From the NCBI RefSeq assembly GCF_006345805.1, contig NC_043009.1:68324001-68388000 (forward strand): a stretch of 64,000 nucleotides of DNA, given 5' to 3'. Of this stretch, positions 25,360-37,930 are shown piece after piece; the stretch's first letter is position 1, and every line of letters starts with the position of its first letter. Position numbers and translations under genes: made by a program. The notes below the pieces were generated by a model. It was not told the DNA's origin. It saw only the letters and a list, made by a program, of their open reading frames with translations, and made no database searches. This DNA is from Octopus sinensis. Its lineage: Eukaryota.

Positions 25360-26229
25360 CGTGCGTGCGTGCATGTATTTGTGAGTTCGCGTATATAAAG
25401 AAACTCGTCCTACATTGGCTGATCATGACAAGTATGATAAGGAAATAAGCAGAACTGTTCGATATGGTTACTCACAAGCTACGTTATGATAAGTAAATCA
25501 ATAAATACATAAATACATCCATCCATCCATACTTACATACATGTGTATAGTGTGTGCGCAGAGAAGGAGAGAAAGAGACAGACGGAGAGAGACAGACAGA
25601 GAGACGCACATTCACATATCAAACATGTATATTTATGTTATTGGAAAATGGGTTCTGTTAGTGATTTCGCTCTTTTCTGCATTATCAGATTTTTATCAGA
25701 AATGATAAATTTCTAACGTGGACTGTTGAGGTTCATATATGTCAATCGAATAAGCAAAGGAAATACTGGGGAAATTAACCCTCGTTATACGAATCCAGAC
25801 AAAATAAGCCTAAACTGGAAGAATCTCAGTTACCATTTCTTAAAACATAGACGTAATATGGCTGCCGTAATAGGTATTCATTGGGGCCGATAATTTCTCC
25901 TAAATTAAGCATTTCTTGGGAAACCAATACAAACCTTATGAATAAACAGTATTCAGTTGAACTATACTTACGGAATTAATCGCTTGGAAGTTCGGAGCCG
26001 ATGATGCCAGATTTTAATCCGTATTTATTATGGCTTCATTGCGTTTGAAAAAAGGCACGATTTTGAATATTTAGGATCGAGACTATATCGTGGAATCGCC
26101 TGTCGTAGACAACAGAGAAAGGTTCCGTAAAATCTTGCTGGACACTTTGTACAGACGGTGTGTTTAGAGCGATCAAATGTTTGCCCTGCACCTTTCTTTA
26201 TTCACTCCATCAAATCGATTTGGCTTCTA

Positions 26230-26392
26230 CAGGTGTAGGGTGTATGTCACAAGTCAGATGTCGAAATAATTGCAGAGCCACGTGAAGTGAAGTGACTTGC
26301 TCTAGAAGACATCGTTAGTGTCGGGTCCGGGGATGGAAACCATGACCACACGATCATGAATACAACACCCTAACCACTAGGCCACACGCCCT
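26230..26392 (-). mobile_element. SINE family C-type head, diverged
   Basis: The reverse complement reads GGCGTGTGGCCTAGTGGTTAGGGTGTTG..GTTTCCATCCCC..GAGCAAGTCACTT. Confidence 0.7.
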
Positions 26393-27060
26393 CACTCACT
26401 CATTCAGTCAGTCGCTCAATCACTCATTCCCTCACTCACTCACTCACTCACTCACTCATTCACTCATTCACTCACTCATTCACTCACTCACTCACTCACT
26501 CACTCACTCACTCATTCACTCACTCACTCACTCATTCACTCACTCACTCATTTACTCACACACTCACTCATTCACTCACTCACTCACTCACTCATTCACT
26601 CACTCACTCATTCACTCACTCACTCACTCATTCACTCACTCACTCATTGACTCACTCACTCATTCACTCACTCACTCATTCACTCACTCACTCACTCATT
26701 CATCACTCACTCACTCACTCACTCATTCACTCACTCACTCATTCACTCACACACTCACTCATTCACTCACTCACTCACTCACTCATTCACTCACTCACTC
26801 ATTCACTCACTCACTCACTCATTCACTCACTCACTCACTCACTCACTCATTCACTCAAACACTCACTCATTCACTCACTCACCCAATCATTCACTCACTC
26901 ACTCACTCATTCAGTCCGTCACTCACTCACTCACTCACTCATTCACTCACACATTCACTCACACATTCACTCACTCACCCAATCATTCACTCACTCACTC
27001 ACTCATTCAGTCCGTCACTCACTCACTCACTCACTCATTCACTCGTTCATTCACTCACAC
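26390..27060. repeat. (CACT)n/(CATT) tetranucleotide array
   Basis: Tandem TCAC with CATT variants; source of the 238-aa THSL pseudo-ORF. Confidence 0.97.
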
Positions 27061-27164
27061 ACACACACCACACACACACACACACACATATCAATTACAT
27101 TCTACTCGCTTCAGTTGATGGCCTGCAATGATATTAGTGCAGAGCCCAGTCTGGGGCATAATCT

Positions 27165-27412
27165 AAACAGTTCTTTTGCCGAACTGCTAGATTACGTAGG
27201 CGTAAAGAAACCAGCACCGGTTGTCAAGCGATGCAATGCGGAAAACATACGCACTCACATATATCTATACACGACGGGCTTCAACATAGTTTCTGTGAAA
27301 CAAATTCACTCACAAGGAATTGGTCAGTTCGAGGTTAGAGTAAACGACACTTGCCCAAGATGATGCTCCGCGGGATTGAACCCAGAACCATAGGGTTGCG
27401 AAGCGAGCTTCT
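27165..27412 (-). mobile_element. SINE family A, diverged
   Basis: ACGACGGGCTTC..ATTCACTCACAAGG..GACACTTGCCCAAG homology. Confidence 0.75.
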
Positions 27413-27429
27413 TGGTGCGATTTAAAAGA

Positions 27430-27493
<64 letters not shown>

Positions 27494-27547
27494 TTCGCTT
27501 TTAGATTTGATTTGCAAGATTCTTTATGTGAGTTCGTGTGTTGAAGC

Positions 27548-27732
27548 ATATTCTGTTGTGTCTGGGGAGAGTCATTCTTTTTCAGTGACTTATAATTTAA
27601 CACACGCACCGGTAAAATTTCCACGCATTTCTTTCTTTATTTTTCTAAAATTTTCGTTGCGTCTTGCAATTGAAAAGGTAGGTGTTTAATTATAACGCAC
27701 TAAAATAGAATGACTCTCCCCAGACACAACAG
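27548..27732. mobile_element. MITE family E with 25-bp perfect TIR CTGTTGTGTCTGGGGAGAGTCATTC
   Basis: 27553-27577 is the exact reverse complement of 27708-27732. Relatives lie at 43410-43658 and 48830-48960. Confidence 0.85.
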
Positions 27733-27968
27733 TATATATACATATATATATATATATAGAATAGTTGTATACTGTCAATCTAACACGAACGTGACAGTAG
27801 GGGTGTACACCACCGCTGTTTAGCCCTAGGAAGCATCGACGCCTCCTGATGGCTTTGACACATTTTTCTTGTGTCCTTATATACATTTACAAAGTGGAGA
27901 CAAATACCCCCAACCGCCCGGGCTGCATCTAGGGACACGTGTTTCAGGATGATTGTCCTTCGTCGGCC

Positions 27969-28083
<115 letters not shown>

Positions 28084-28117
28084 GTGTATGTATGTATGCA
28101 TATATATATATTATATA

Positions 28118-28153
<36 letters not shown>

Positions 28154-28156
28154 TGA

Positions 28157-29115
28157 ATGCATGTATGTATGTATCAATGGTTGGTCACAATGTATACAAC
28201 ATGTAGGAAGGTTAGATGAAACTAGAGTCGACGAAAACTAGACGGACGGGCAATTAGACAACGACACGATACATGGAATATTCGCTGCTAAGTTTTCCTC
28301 TTCACTCAAAAATGTAAAATATCATAACAGTGTTTCACGCCAGTTATCTTTGATACTGTTCAATTTTGCAGGCGCCAATGCTTTTATTAAGCTACTGAGT
28401 AAAAGCTAGCAAATGTGTGCTGAGATAGAAACAAATAAGACATTATATAAATACGACAACGAATTATGCATATATAACAGCACGAATCTTTACGGCTATA
28501 TACCTACGAAGAAAAAAGATAATAATTATACATCTACCACAAATACAAGCTTATCCACATTGTCACTTCTGTATTTACTTACAAAGGCAAGTTCACCAAT
28601 TATTATTGGTACAAATGTGACTTTATAATCTAGAAATAGAAGCTGGGGGTTTCGGAGCAGTTGTCCGTAGTTATCCTCTTTCTCTTGGATTGTCAAAAAG
28701 ATGTTCACATGAGCAAACAGCTGGCCTTTATAACGGTACATACTTTTTCTTGTCCATCCCAAGCAACAATATCCGGCCTGTTAAGCTTACACTTGACAGA
28801 TGTTTTGATAGTGATGTTCGACCAGTATTCCTTGTATTGGTTGGTGTTTTGTGTATGTATTCCAATAACAGGGGAATTCTCTATATTTGTTCCAGGACAG
28901 TCTTTTTCGCTGTGTTTTCCAAAGGTAACTGGCGTGAAACACTGCTATGATGTTTTACGTCTTTAACTGAAGAAGAAAACTCAGCTGCGAATATTCCATG
29001 TATCGTGTCGTTGTCTAAATGCGCGTCCGTCTAGTTTTCGTCTATTCTGGATTCGTCTAATCTTTTTCCGTATTGTATTTTTTGTGACCAACCCTTGATA
29101 CATACATACATGCAT
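28157..29115. mobile_element. Fold-back composite: ~195-bp inverted arms enclosing an RLE-retrotransposon fragment
   Basis: 28157-28352 vs the reverse complement of 28920-29115 is about 85% identical by manual count. Confidence 0.75.
28520..28912 (-). mobile_element. R4/Dong-like non-LTR retrotransposon fragment (restriction-like endonuclease domain), decayed
   Basis: The minus strand encodes KEYWSNITIKTSVKCKLNRPDIVAWD and QEKEDNYGQLLRNPQLLFLDYKVTFVPIIIGEL; homologous to 62580-62760. Confidence 0.8.
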
Positions 29116-29332
29116 ACTTATGTATGTATGTATGTATGTATGTATGTATGTATGTATTTATGTATGTATGTATGTATGTATGTATGTATGTATGTATGTA
29201 TGTATGTATTTACGTATGTATGTATGTATGTATGTATGTATGTATTTATGTATGTATGTATGTATGTATGTATGTATGTATATGTGCATGGGTGTGCGCG
29301 TGTGTGTAATTCTTCTTTGGACAAAAGCTGAA

Positions 29333-29405
29333 GGATGCTGTGGTCCAGCAGTAGAGCACTTGACATGTTTAGTGAAGATGAGGGTTCGATTCTCACGGGC
29401 AGCCT
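29333..29405 (+). pseudogene. Degenerate tRNA-like sequence (tRNA pseudogene or isolated SINE head)
   Basis: 73 nt with TGGTCCAGCAGTAGAGC (A box) and GGTTCGATTC (B box), a partial acceptor stem and a downstream T run. The anticodon stem is broken; the loop could be TGT (Thr). Confidence 0.45.
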
Positions 29406-29756
29406 ACAACTTTTTCTTTCTAAAATGTTTTTCTGCACAATAGTTACACTTTATTATATATAAGTTAATCTGGTGCGACTTTCACCCCCCTCCCCAAACA
29501 GAATTATTTCTCGAGGTTTTCCATGCTCTTGCAACATTAACAACATACATATATACATACACACATACATACATACATGCATTCATACGGACATACACAT
29601 ACACACACACACATAGGTATACAATTCACATATGTGCATATATACATATATATATATATACATATGTATATATAATATATATTATATATATATATATAAA
29701 CACACACACATATATATATGTATGTATGTTTGTGCGTGTGTGTATGTGTGTATGTG

Positions 29757-29832
<76 letters not shown>

Positions 29833-30507
29833 AACACGTTTATGCACACATATATGTGTGTGTGTGCGTGCCTGTGTGTGTGTAAGCATGTGTGCGTGTA
29901 TAAACGTGTAGAGGCTGCGTGCTATGTGTGTAGCCGGGAGTTTAAATCTAGATTAATAATTTAGAAACACCGACAGGCGTACAGTTGAAGTTTGATTTAT
30001 CGGCCAGACAAATCAAGTATTAAAACTGACAGTAAATATCTCTTTAATATGGCTATTATATCCGTCATTTATCTTATAATTTGCTGTATTTCTTCATATT
30101 TAAGCATATATCTGAACGAACCAACAGAATTTGTAAAGCTCTGAACATCATTCCACCAAGTATTTAGTTCGTTTTGTTTTCCTTCTACGTACAAACCTCC
30201 GCTTAAGTCCACTTGGATACTCAAAACCTGAAATCGATATGTTCAAATTATTTACTGTAATTGATTTATATCTAAAATAACACCCATACCTCCAAAATAT
30301 ATGACCTCATTTGCATATTTAATTAATTATTATTAGCAGTAGTTGTACGATCAAGAATGAATTGGCTCCGTCAAAATCCGCTGAAGAAAATTCCTTGTAA
30401 AACTTAAAGCTTCTAAGTACAGTTCGAATTTTTTTTTTGTTGTTTATCCCCAGCCAGCCATGGATTTCAGTCGAACCTAATTAATTGTATCCGCCAATTT
30501 ATTTTTA

Positions 30508-31030
30508 TGTTCTGAGATCAAATTCCGCCGAGGTCGACTTTGCCTTTCATCCTTTCGGGGTCGATAAAATAAGTACCAGTTACACACTGGGGTCGATGTA
30601 ATCGACTTAATCCGTTTGTTTGTCCTTGTTTATCCTCTGTGTTTAGCCCCTTGTGGGTAGTAAGGAAATAGGTATTTCGTCTGTCTTTACGTTCTGAGTT
30701 CAAATTCCGCCGAGGTCGACTTTGCTTTTCATCCTTTCGGGATCAATAAATTAAATACCAGTTAAGTACCATGGTCGATATAATCGTTTATCCCACGTCC
30801 CATTGTCAGGCTTCGTGCCAATAGTGGAAAGGATTATTTATTTAATTTCATTTAAAAAGGCGGCGACATGACATATTCGTTAATATATCGGACAAAACGC
30901 TGTCCGACATTTTTTCTGGCTCTTTATGTTCCGAGTTCAAGTGCTGCCGCAGTCGAGCTTGCCATTCATCTTTTTTTGGTGTCGATAAGATATGTGCGAG
31001 GTGAGCACCTAGTGCGATGTAATTGACTGG
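30508..31030 (+). mobile_element. SINE family B tandem units (5'-truncated dimer plus an older copy at 30857)
   Basis: Two consecutive AAATTCCGCCGAGGTCGACTTTG units followed by a diverged GGCGGCGA.. copy. Confidence 0.88.
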
Positions 31031-31134
31031 TAATTGACTGGTCCTGCCTCTCCATTTTACTGTTTATATATATATACACACACACACATACATTTTCAAA
31101 TTTTCTCTTGGACTTTCCTCTGTCTCTGTCACCT

Positions 31135-31170
31135 GTTTCCGAAGAAGAGCGTCTGCTCGAAACGTTAAAC
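31135..31170 (+). ncRNA. Minimal type-I hammerhead-like motif (PLE-type, U4>C variant)
   Basis: GTTT-CCGAAGA-A-GAGC(GTCT)GCTC-GAAAC-GT-T-AAAC: stem I 4 bp, stem II 4 bp, palindromic AACGTT stem III. Confidence 0.55.
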
Positions 31171-31644
31171 CACCTTTCTTTCCTTCCTTGAGCGTCTGCT
31201 AATACTTTCCACGTACAACATGCGTTGTTTTTTTGTGCTTGTTTTTTTTGGAGGGGGTGGATTTATACACACACACACACACGTGTCTGCTCTTACCGTT
31301 GCTTATGGTGGTGGTCGTCGTCGTCGTCGTTATCGCCGTGGTGGTCATGGTGGTATTAGCGGTGGGTTATTTTCTGTTATGAATTGTATTATGTTATTCT
31401 ATTTTACTGTAGTTACTATATTACCTGTCGATGCTCTGTGCTGCAATTATTCGTCTTATTGTTACTGTTGTTGTCGGTCAGTTTGTTACCTTTGAAGTTC
31501 CCTCCCTTTCTTTTCCCTGCTATTAATATTATTATTGCTCCGTTGTTTTGTATTAGATTGGTACAAGTTGTTTCTTTTTTATTGGTGCTGATGTTGATGT
31601 TGTTGTTGATGTTACGCAATTAACTGTCTAGTTTAAACCATTAT

Positions 31645-31697
31645 TATTGTTATTATTATTATTATTATTGTTATTGTTATTATTATTATTATCATTA

Positions 31698-31729
<32 letters not shown>

Positions 31730-31757
31730 GTTATTGTTATTATTATTATTATCATTA

Positions 31758-31789
<32 letters not shown>

Positions 31790-31900
31790 GTTATTATTAT
31801 TATTGTTGTTGTTGTTATTATTATTATTATCATCATTATTATTGTTGTTGTTATTATTGTCATTGTTGCTGTTGTTGTCGTTGTTGCTTTTGTTGTTCTT
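31645..31900. repeat. (ATT)n/(GTT)n trinucleotide array
   Basis: Tandem triplets; source of the poly-N/poly-L pseudo-ORFs. Confidence 0.97.
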
Positions 31901-32009
31901 TTTTTCAATGGCATGCTGACTGTTGTGTTTGTTTTTGTTCTTGTTTTGGTTACCTCGTGTTATATGTAGCATCTTTGTTTTTGCTTTGCGTACACATGCT
32001 GTCGTTGAT

Positions 32010-32535
32010 GACAGTGATGACGATGGTGAAGATAACGAAGATAACGAAGACGACGATGATGTTGATGATGATGATGCGGTGGATGAGGAGGAGGGGGAGT
32101 AAGAGGAAGGAGAAGTAAGAGGAAGGGGGAGGGAGAAGGAAGTGGAAGAGGAAGAGAAGGAGGAGGAGGAAGAGGAAGGGGAGGATGAAGAGTATGATGA
32201 AGAGGATGATGAGGATGATGAAGGGGATGATGAAGAAGATGATGAAGAAGATGGTGAAGAAGATGATGAAGAAGATGATGAAGAAGATGAAGAAGATGAT
32301 GAAGAAGAGGTGGTGGTAGAGGAGGAAGGGGAAGGAGGAGGATGAGAGGATGATAAAGAGGAGGTGGTAGAGGAGGAGGAGGGGAGGAGGATGAGAAGGA
32401 CGGGAGGAGGAGAAGGCGGGCTGGAGGAGAAGGAGGGAGGGCAGAGGTGGGGGAGGAGCGGTGGAGGAGGAGAAAAGATGTAGTATGACGATGATGATGA
32501 TGATGACGAGTTTGATGATGACGACGATGATGATG
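32010..32535. repeat. Purine-rich (GAT/GAA/GAG)n low-complexity tract
   Basis: Mixed triplet repeats interrupted by stops in all frames. Confidence 0.9.
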
Positions 32536-33406
32536 ATGATAGCGATGATGATGGAAATGGTTGTGGCGGTGCTGCTCGTAATGGTACCGATGTTGTGTTC
32601 AGCTTCGATGCAACTGTTTCAGTTGTCGATGGTTGAGGTGTTACTTGTTCTGTTTGGGTTTTTCTCTCTTTTTCTTTATCTTGGATTTGATTTTGTTATT
32701 GTAATCTCGGGGCCCAATTTAGAATAACCCACCCTCCACCCCGTCCACTTCTCTTCCTAATGAATCATGCAATATCTGAAAGAAAGGCACGTGACCAAAA
32801 TTAGCTCGATGGTTTAAGCCATTTTAATAACAAACAGCAAAACGTTGGCTGGTAATTTTCACATCGAATCACACCCAGCCACCCTTATTGATCGAGAAAG
32901 AACAGGGAATGAGATTTTTCTGGGATGGCCCACTTTAAGTTCCTTTTTCCTCCTCTTTCCATTTTTTTTCCTTTGTTTTCCTTTAGACATCGATTTTCTC
33001 TTTTTTTATTAGGTTAATATCAATTATATAATTTCAGCTTGCATTTCTGTTTAAGGGAGGTTTTGATTTATGTTGCAAATCTAATTAACTGTTGGGCCGC
33101 AGAGCTAAAGCTTAGATGTTTTCTTTTTTTTTTTTCTTTTTTTGAGGGGGTTATTTTATTATTTATTTATTTACTTATGTATTTATTTGTTATCCAGAAT
33201 GTGCAGTGTTTTTGGCTGTTTTCTATTTTGTATTATCTGTGGTGAGACATTGCTGATACAGTGTAGAGAGGACAGCTGTTGTGTTAGTGAAGTTGATTAG
33301 CCGTCAAAATGACAGTAATTAATATAGATTAACACAGATGCACACACGCGCACGCACACGAACACACACACACATATATATATACATTCCTACATACATA
33401 CATACA

Positions 33407-33438
<32 letters not shown>

Positions 33439-34242
33439 AATATATATGAGGTTCAGGTTAGATACACAAGCATTCGTACAGAAATGAAGTCATATAATTT
33501 CTAAAGTGCCCTATGAAATATCTAATAATTGTTGAACTATGATTTCGTCTATCAGATAACGATTATACGGTAAACGTCTTCTAAAAAATGCCTTTTAAAT
33601 AAACGCAATCATTCTCTTGAAACTGAGACAGCATTAAAAATGACACAGACGTCATGACGAACAGTTTAATCAACGGATTTTTCTCATTAGACATGAAGAT
33701 AAAAGAGAAAAGAACGCAAGAGAACTTTCCATGTTCATGTGGATCTTGCCAAACAGAAGTAGCGGTAATTTCTATACTAAAAGAGTTTGTCTTTTTATGC
33801 CTTTGCCAAAGAAAATTTATATTACCCGGCATACTGGAACTGAGTAATGTTATTTATCATTGTAAGACATCTTCTGGCAAAAGCAGTCTCAAATGGTTTC
33901 GAGATTCTACACACTTATATTCATATTTTAGGTATCCCATAAAAAAGTAAAAAAAGAGACAACATTTTAACATGGTATAGTACACTATTATAATAAGAAA
34001 AATTCCGTTTTTATTCGGGCTGTGAAAGATACATTTGGTTTACATAGTTGAGAAAACAATGCAGAATAACATGCGTGTTATGATCTACTGACTTCATTCA
34101 AAACCCCCAAAATATGTTTACACATTTGTTTAGGTGGAGACTTTAGTTCCATGTTAACTTCCGCAGCGAATGATCTTACCAAGTTCAAATGACTTTAAAC
34201 AATTTTTTTTATTCAACACTGCGCCGGGCGACATAGTATATT

Positions 34243-34300
<58 letters not shown>

Positions 34301-34304
<4 letters not shown>

Positions 34305-34570
34305 AAAAAAAGTCAAGGTAGATAATGCTAAAATAATTTTATTAAAAACACTTCAGTACAGGTTTCAGTCATTGGGACTCAACTATAAGTATGAAAATCA
34401 ATTAAATTTTGGAAAAATTAAAAGAATATTTAAAAAAAGATTTTCTTTTAAGTTTTCTCAAATTTAATTGTTTTCCATACTTATATTTGAAAAAGTCTCA
34501 ATCACTGAAACCGGTACTAAAATGTTTTTTATAAAATTATTTTAGCCTTTTCTACCTTGACTTTTTCCAT
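34301..34570. repeat. ~270-bp imperfect palindrome inserted in (TA)n, possibly paired PLE termini
   Basis: ATGGAAAAAAAGTCAAGGTAGA..GCTAAAATAATTTTAT..AGTACAGGTTTCAGT is mirrored by ACTGAAACCGGTACT..ATAAAATTATTTTAGC..TCTACCTTGACTTTTTCCAT. Confidence 0.75.
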
Positions 34571-34599
34571 ATATATATCAACTCGTGTGTTCCTTTTCA

Positions 34600-34645
<46 letters not shown>

Positions 34646-34832
34646 ATATACAGGCATATACATCCATTCGTCATTGTCGCATTTTTATTATTTTATTTCA
34701 TTTATCACAATGCCGCATTTTTTACATTTCTAATAATTTCCAATTTTTTTCTCACATTTTTGCAATATTATTTACACGTAAAGTTAAACAGATATAAGTA
34801 TATGTTTATTTCCTTAAATGTATATGTGTAGG

Positions 34833-35429
34833 TGTAGAGGCGCAACGACCCAGTTGTAAGGACAGCGGTTTCGCGGTCGTGGAATCGTGGTCTCGATTCC
34901 GAGACCGGGCATTGTGCGAACACACCTAAAGTTCTACGACGCTCCGGCAAGGAGTGGTGGCCAACCCTGCTGTACTATTTCACCACAACTTTCTCTCACT
35001 CTTTTTTCCTGTTTCTGTTGTACCTGTATTTCAAAAGGTCAGCCTTATCACACACTGTGTCACGTTGAATCTCCCTGAGAACTACGTTAAGAGTAGATCT
35101 GTCTGTGGCGAGCTGGCAGAAACGTTTGCACGCCGGGCGAAATGCTTAGCGGTATTTTGTCTGGCGTTAGGTTCTGAGTTCAAATTCCGCCGAGATCGAC
35201 TTTGCCTTTCATCCATTAAGTACCAGTTACGCACTGGGTCGATGTAATCGACTTAATCCATTTGTCTGTCCTTGTTTGTTCCCTCTGCGTTTTGCCCCTT
35301 GTGGGTAGTAAAGAAATAGGTACATGTGTCTGTGGAGTGCTCAGCCACTTACACATTAATTTCACGAGCTGGCAGATATGTTGATCGGATCAGCTGTAAC
35401 CCTCGTCGTCGTAACCGACGAAGTTCCAC
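34833..35429 (+). mobile_element. SINE family G interrupted by a family B insertion
   Basis: 34833-35106 and 35319-35429 together match the reverse complement of 47005-47386. Confidence 0.88.
35107..35318 (+). mobile_element. SINE family B nested in family G, ~17-bp TSD
   Basis: Flanks AGTAGATCTGTCTGTGG (35092-35108) and GGTACATGTGTCTGTGG (35319-35335). Confidence 0.88.
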
Positions 35430-36354
35430 GACGATATGCGTAGGTATTCAACGCTGGGTCCGAAAATATGTATATGCACATGTGTATAGGAATGTATATA
35501 TTAAATCTCGTTGAGAAAGAGAGTGGTGTGATTGACAGAACAAAATTTCGCAGGACATTTATTTACATTTAAATAAATCCTCTAATTACGAAATTACGAA
35601 GTTCTGATTGAATTTCCCAACCAGCACTCTGTCGTCCGAACGCTGGTCAAGTAATGAGTCGAAACCTGAAAAACAGTTTTTCTGTTGCTAATATCAGAAA
35701 TATTTTTAAAAAAATAGAATATCTCCAAATATATTCAACTGGAATGTATCTCTATCCTCATCTTTTCTGTGGGTAGAATTAAAGTTTTATAAGGAAGAGC
35801 AGCACTGTGCTTCTGTCATTAACACCTCTCTTGTTCTGGTTTTATATTTCTTACTCATGAAATTAAAATTTTAGATCAGATTATTCTGCGCAATAAAGAT
35901 GTCGTATTCGCTGCGTAATCTTCACAAAAAGAAAATATGTAAATCAATTTTCTCCAACCTCAAGCCTCCAAGTCTTCTCACCAAACTTAGAGAAACGTAT
36001 AGAAACAAGAGAATAATGGTATGCTTTGAAAGAGCTGAGCATGTTAATGCATTTAGCACAGAATATTTCCATTCAGCCATTCAACATGACATTGCTCGCT
36101 GCTAGGTATAACGATTTCATCTTTTGGCAAAATGCCACAAATTTTTAAGGAAAGGACGGAAGATAAATAGACAGACCATGTATTTGGTTAGCAGTTATGC
36201 TATTTAGATATTAAATGAAATCTACACGTAACATTAATATCAAACGGCAAAATTTGATCCTGCCGAGTGATAATCCCAGAAACCAAAGACGACGAAAGTG
36301 AACATTTGAATTCATTTGCACCCTTACCGCTTCACGTCGTCGGTCAAAAATAAT

Positions 36355-36555
36355 TCTTCCTTCTATAAGTATAAGGCCTGAACTTGTGGGGAGGGATCTA
36401 ATCGATAATATTGTCTCCAGTGCTCATTCGTACTTATGTTATCCCGAATAAATGAACAGTAATGTCGACCTCGTCGCAATTTTAACGCAGAAGGCAAAGC
36501 CGGAAGTAATTCCGTTAAGCATTTTGTCCGGCGTGGTAATGGTTATGCAAGTTCA
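36355..36555 (-). mobile_element. SINE family B, old copy
   Basis: GTCGACCTCGTCGCAATTT..AAGCATTTTGTCCGGCGTG homology on the minus strand. Confidence 0.7.
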
Positions 36556-37534
36556 ATACTCCAAAATAATGATGCTGTTTGATATAGATCTGCGCTTTTC
36601 AAGACACAGCCAGGGGCTTCTGTAAAAGCTTCGGTACTGCTTAACGAACGCTTTTACTTCTATCATCGGTGAAGACTATTCTGTTGTTATGTAAACCTCG
36701 GTTGAACGGAATTATATAAGACTGGAGCTGTAAAACAATAATGGCGCATAATATACATGTTCTTTATTTTCATGAGTAATTACATCCAGGTGTTCATAAA
36801 CAGAACAACATTACCAAATTCCAAATGTTTGTATGTACCGATGCATGTAAAATATATGCATGCAAAAAATATAAGCTCTCAAAACGAATTCATTTTTTCT
36901 GGAAGCTTCTATTTTCGTGCTTAATGATGAGAGTCCGAACAATGCTTCACGTTGTTTAAAATAATTGCATTGTTTTGAATAATACCTCTTCTTACATCAC
37001 CTGACTTGATACAACGAAAACAAACGAGATTTCGCACCTCAACTCTCCCTTTCTCTTACATGTCTACTAGAAGCAGGAATAGTATCAAAATACATTATCT
37101 ATGCAGCATCTTAGATTTCGAGAAAGAGATTAGGAAGAATGAATTTGTGCATGACTAACTTACTGTACAAGCTGAAAGTGATGCCTACAAAAGCACAAAG
37201 TTTGCCATCTTCCCCTCACACTTTACAGTTCCATTTGCTAAGAATGAACTTTTTGTTCATCTTTTCGAATCAGCAGATTCCTCAAGACATAGCACGTATC
37301 TGATAATTTTGTAGTGTTTATCTGATAGAAGATAAGCCCTCCTGTTAAAGGAATCTAGGTCTATAGAAGATAATTCGATGCAAAGAAGATTTCAACGCAG
37401 CGCAGAAAAGAAACGTCATTAAATCAAAACGGTGTTTCCTTTTTTTTTAAATTAAGTCTTGTTTCAATCTTTCGCTCCTCAATACACTTGGACATCGGCG
37501 AACTCTTATTAGTCATAGAACATTAGTACAAGAT

Positions 37535-37930
37535 GGCGAGCTGGCAGAAACGTTAGCATGCCGGGCGAAATGCGTAGCCGTATTTCGTCTGCCGTTACGT
37601 TCTGAGTTCAAATTCCGCCGAGGTCGACTTTGCCTTTCATCCTTTCGGGGTTGATAAATTAAGTACCAGTTGCGTACTGGGGTCGATCTAATCGGCTGAC
37701 CTCCTCCCCCAAAATTTCGGGCCTTGTGCCTAGAGTAGAAAAGAATATAGGAAACAAGGGCGGCAAGTTGGCAGAATCGTTAGAGCGCCGGGCGAAATAC
37801 TTAGCGGTTATTTCGTCTGCCGTTACATTCTGGGTTCAAATTCTGCCGGGGTCGACTGTGCCTTCATCCTTTCCCCGTCGATTAAATAACTACCAATTAC
37901 GCGCTAGGGTTGATGTAATCGACTTAATCC
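37535..37930 (+). mobile_element. Two head-to-tail SINE family B copies
   Basis: Heads at 37535 (GGCGAGCTGGCAGAA) and 37758 (GGCGGCAAGTTGGCAGAA). Confidence 0.9.

Noticed and set aside
32142-32345. Acidic E/D-rich protein exon
   Set aside because: It is a mixed GAT/GAA/GAG repeat with flanking stops and no credible splice context.
34215-34240. Helitron 3' end (CGCCGGGCG hairpin + ATAGT)
   Set aside because: The terminal CTAG is not intact and no matching 5' end was found.
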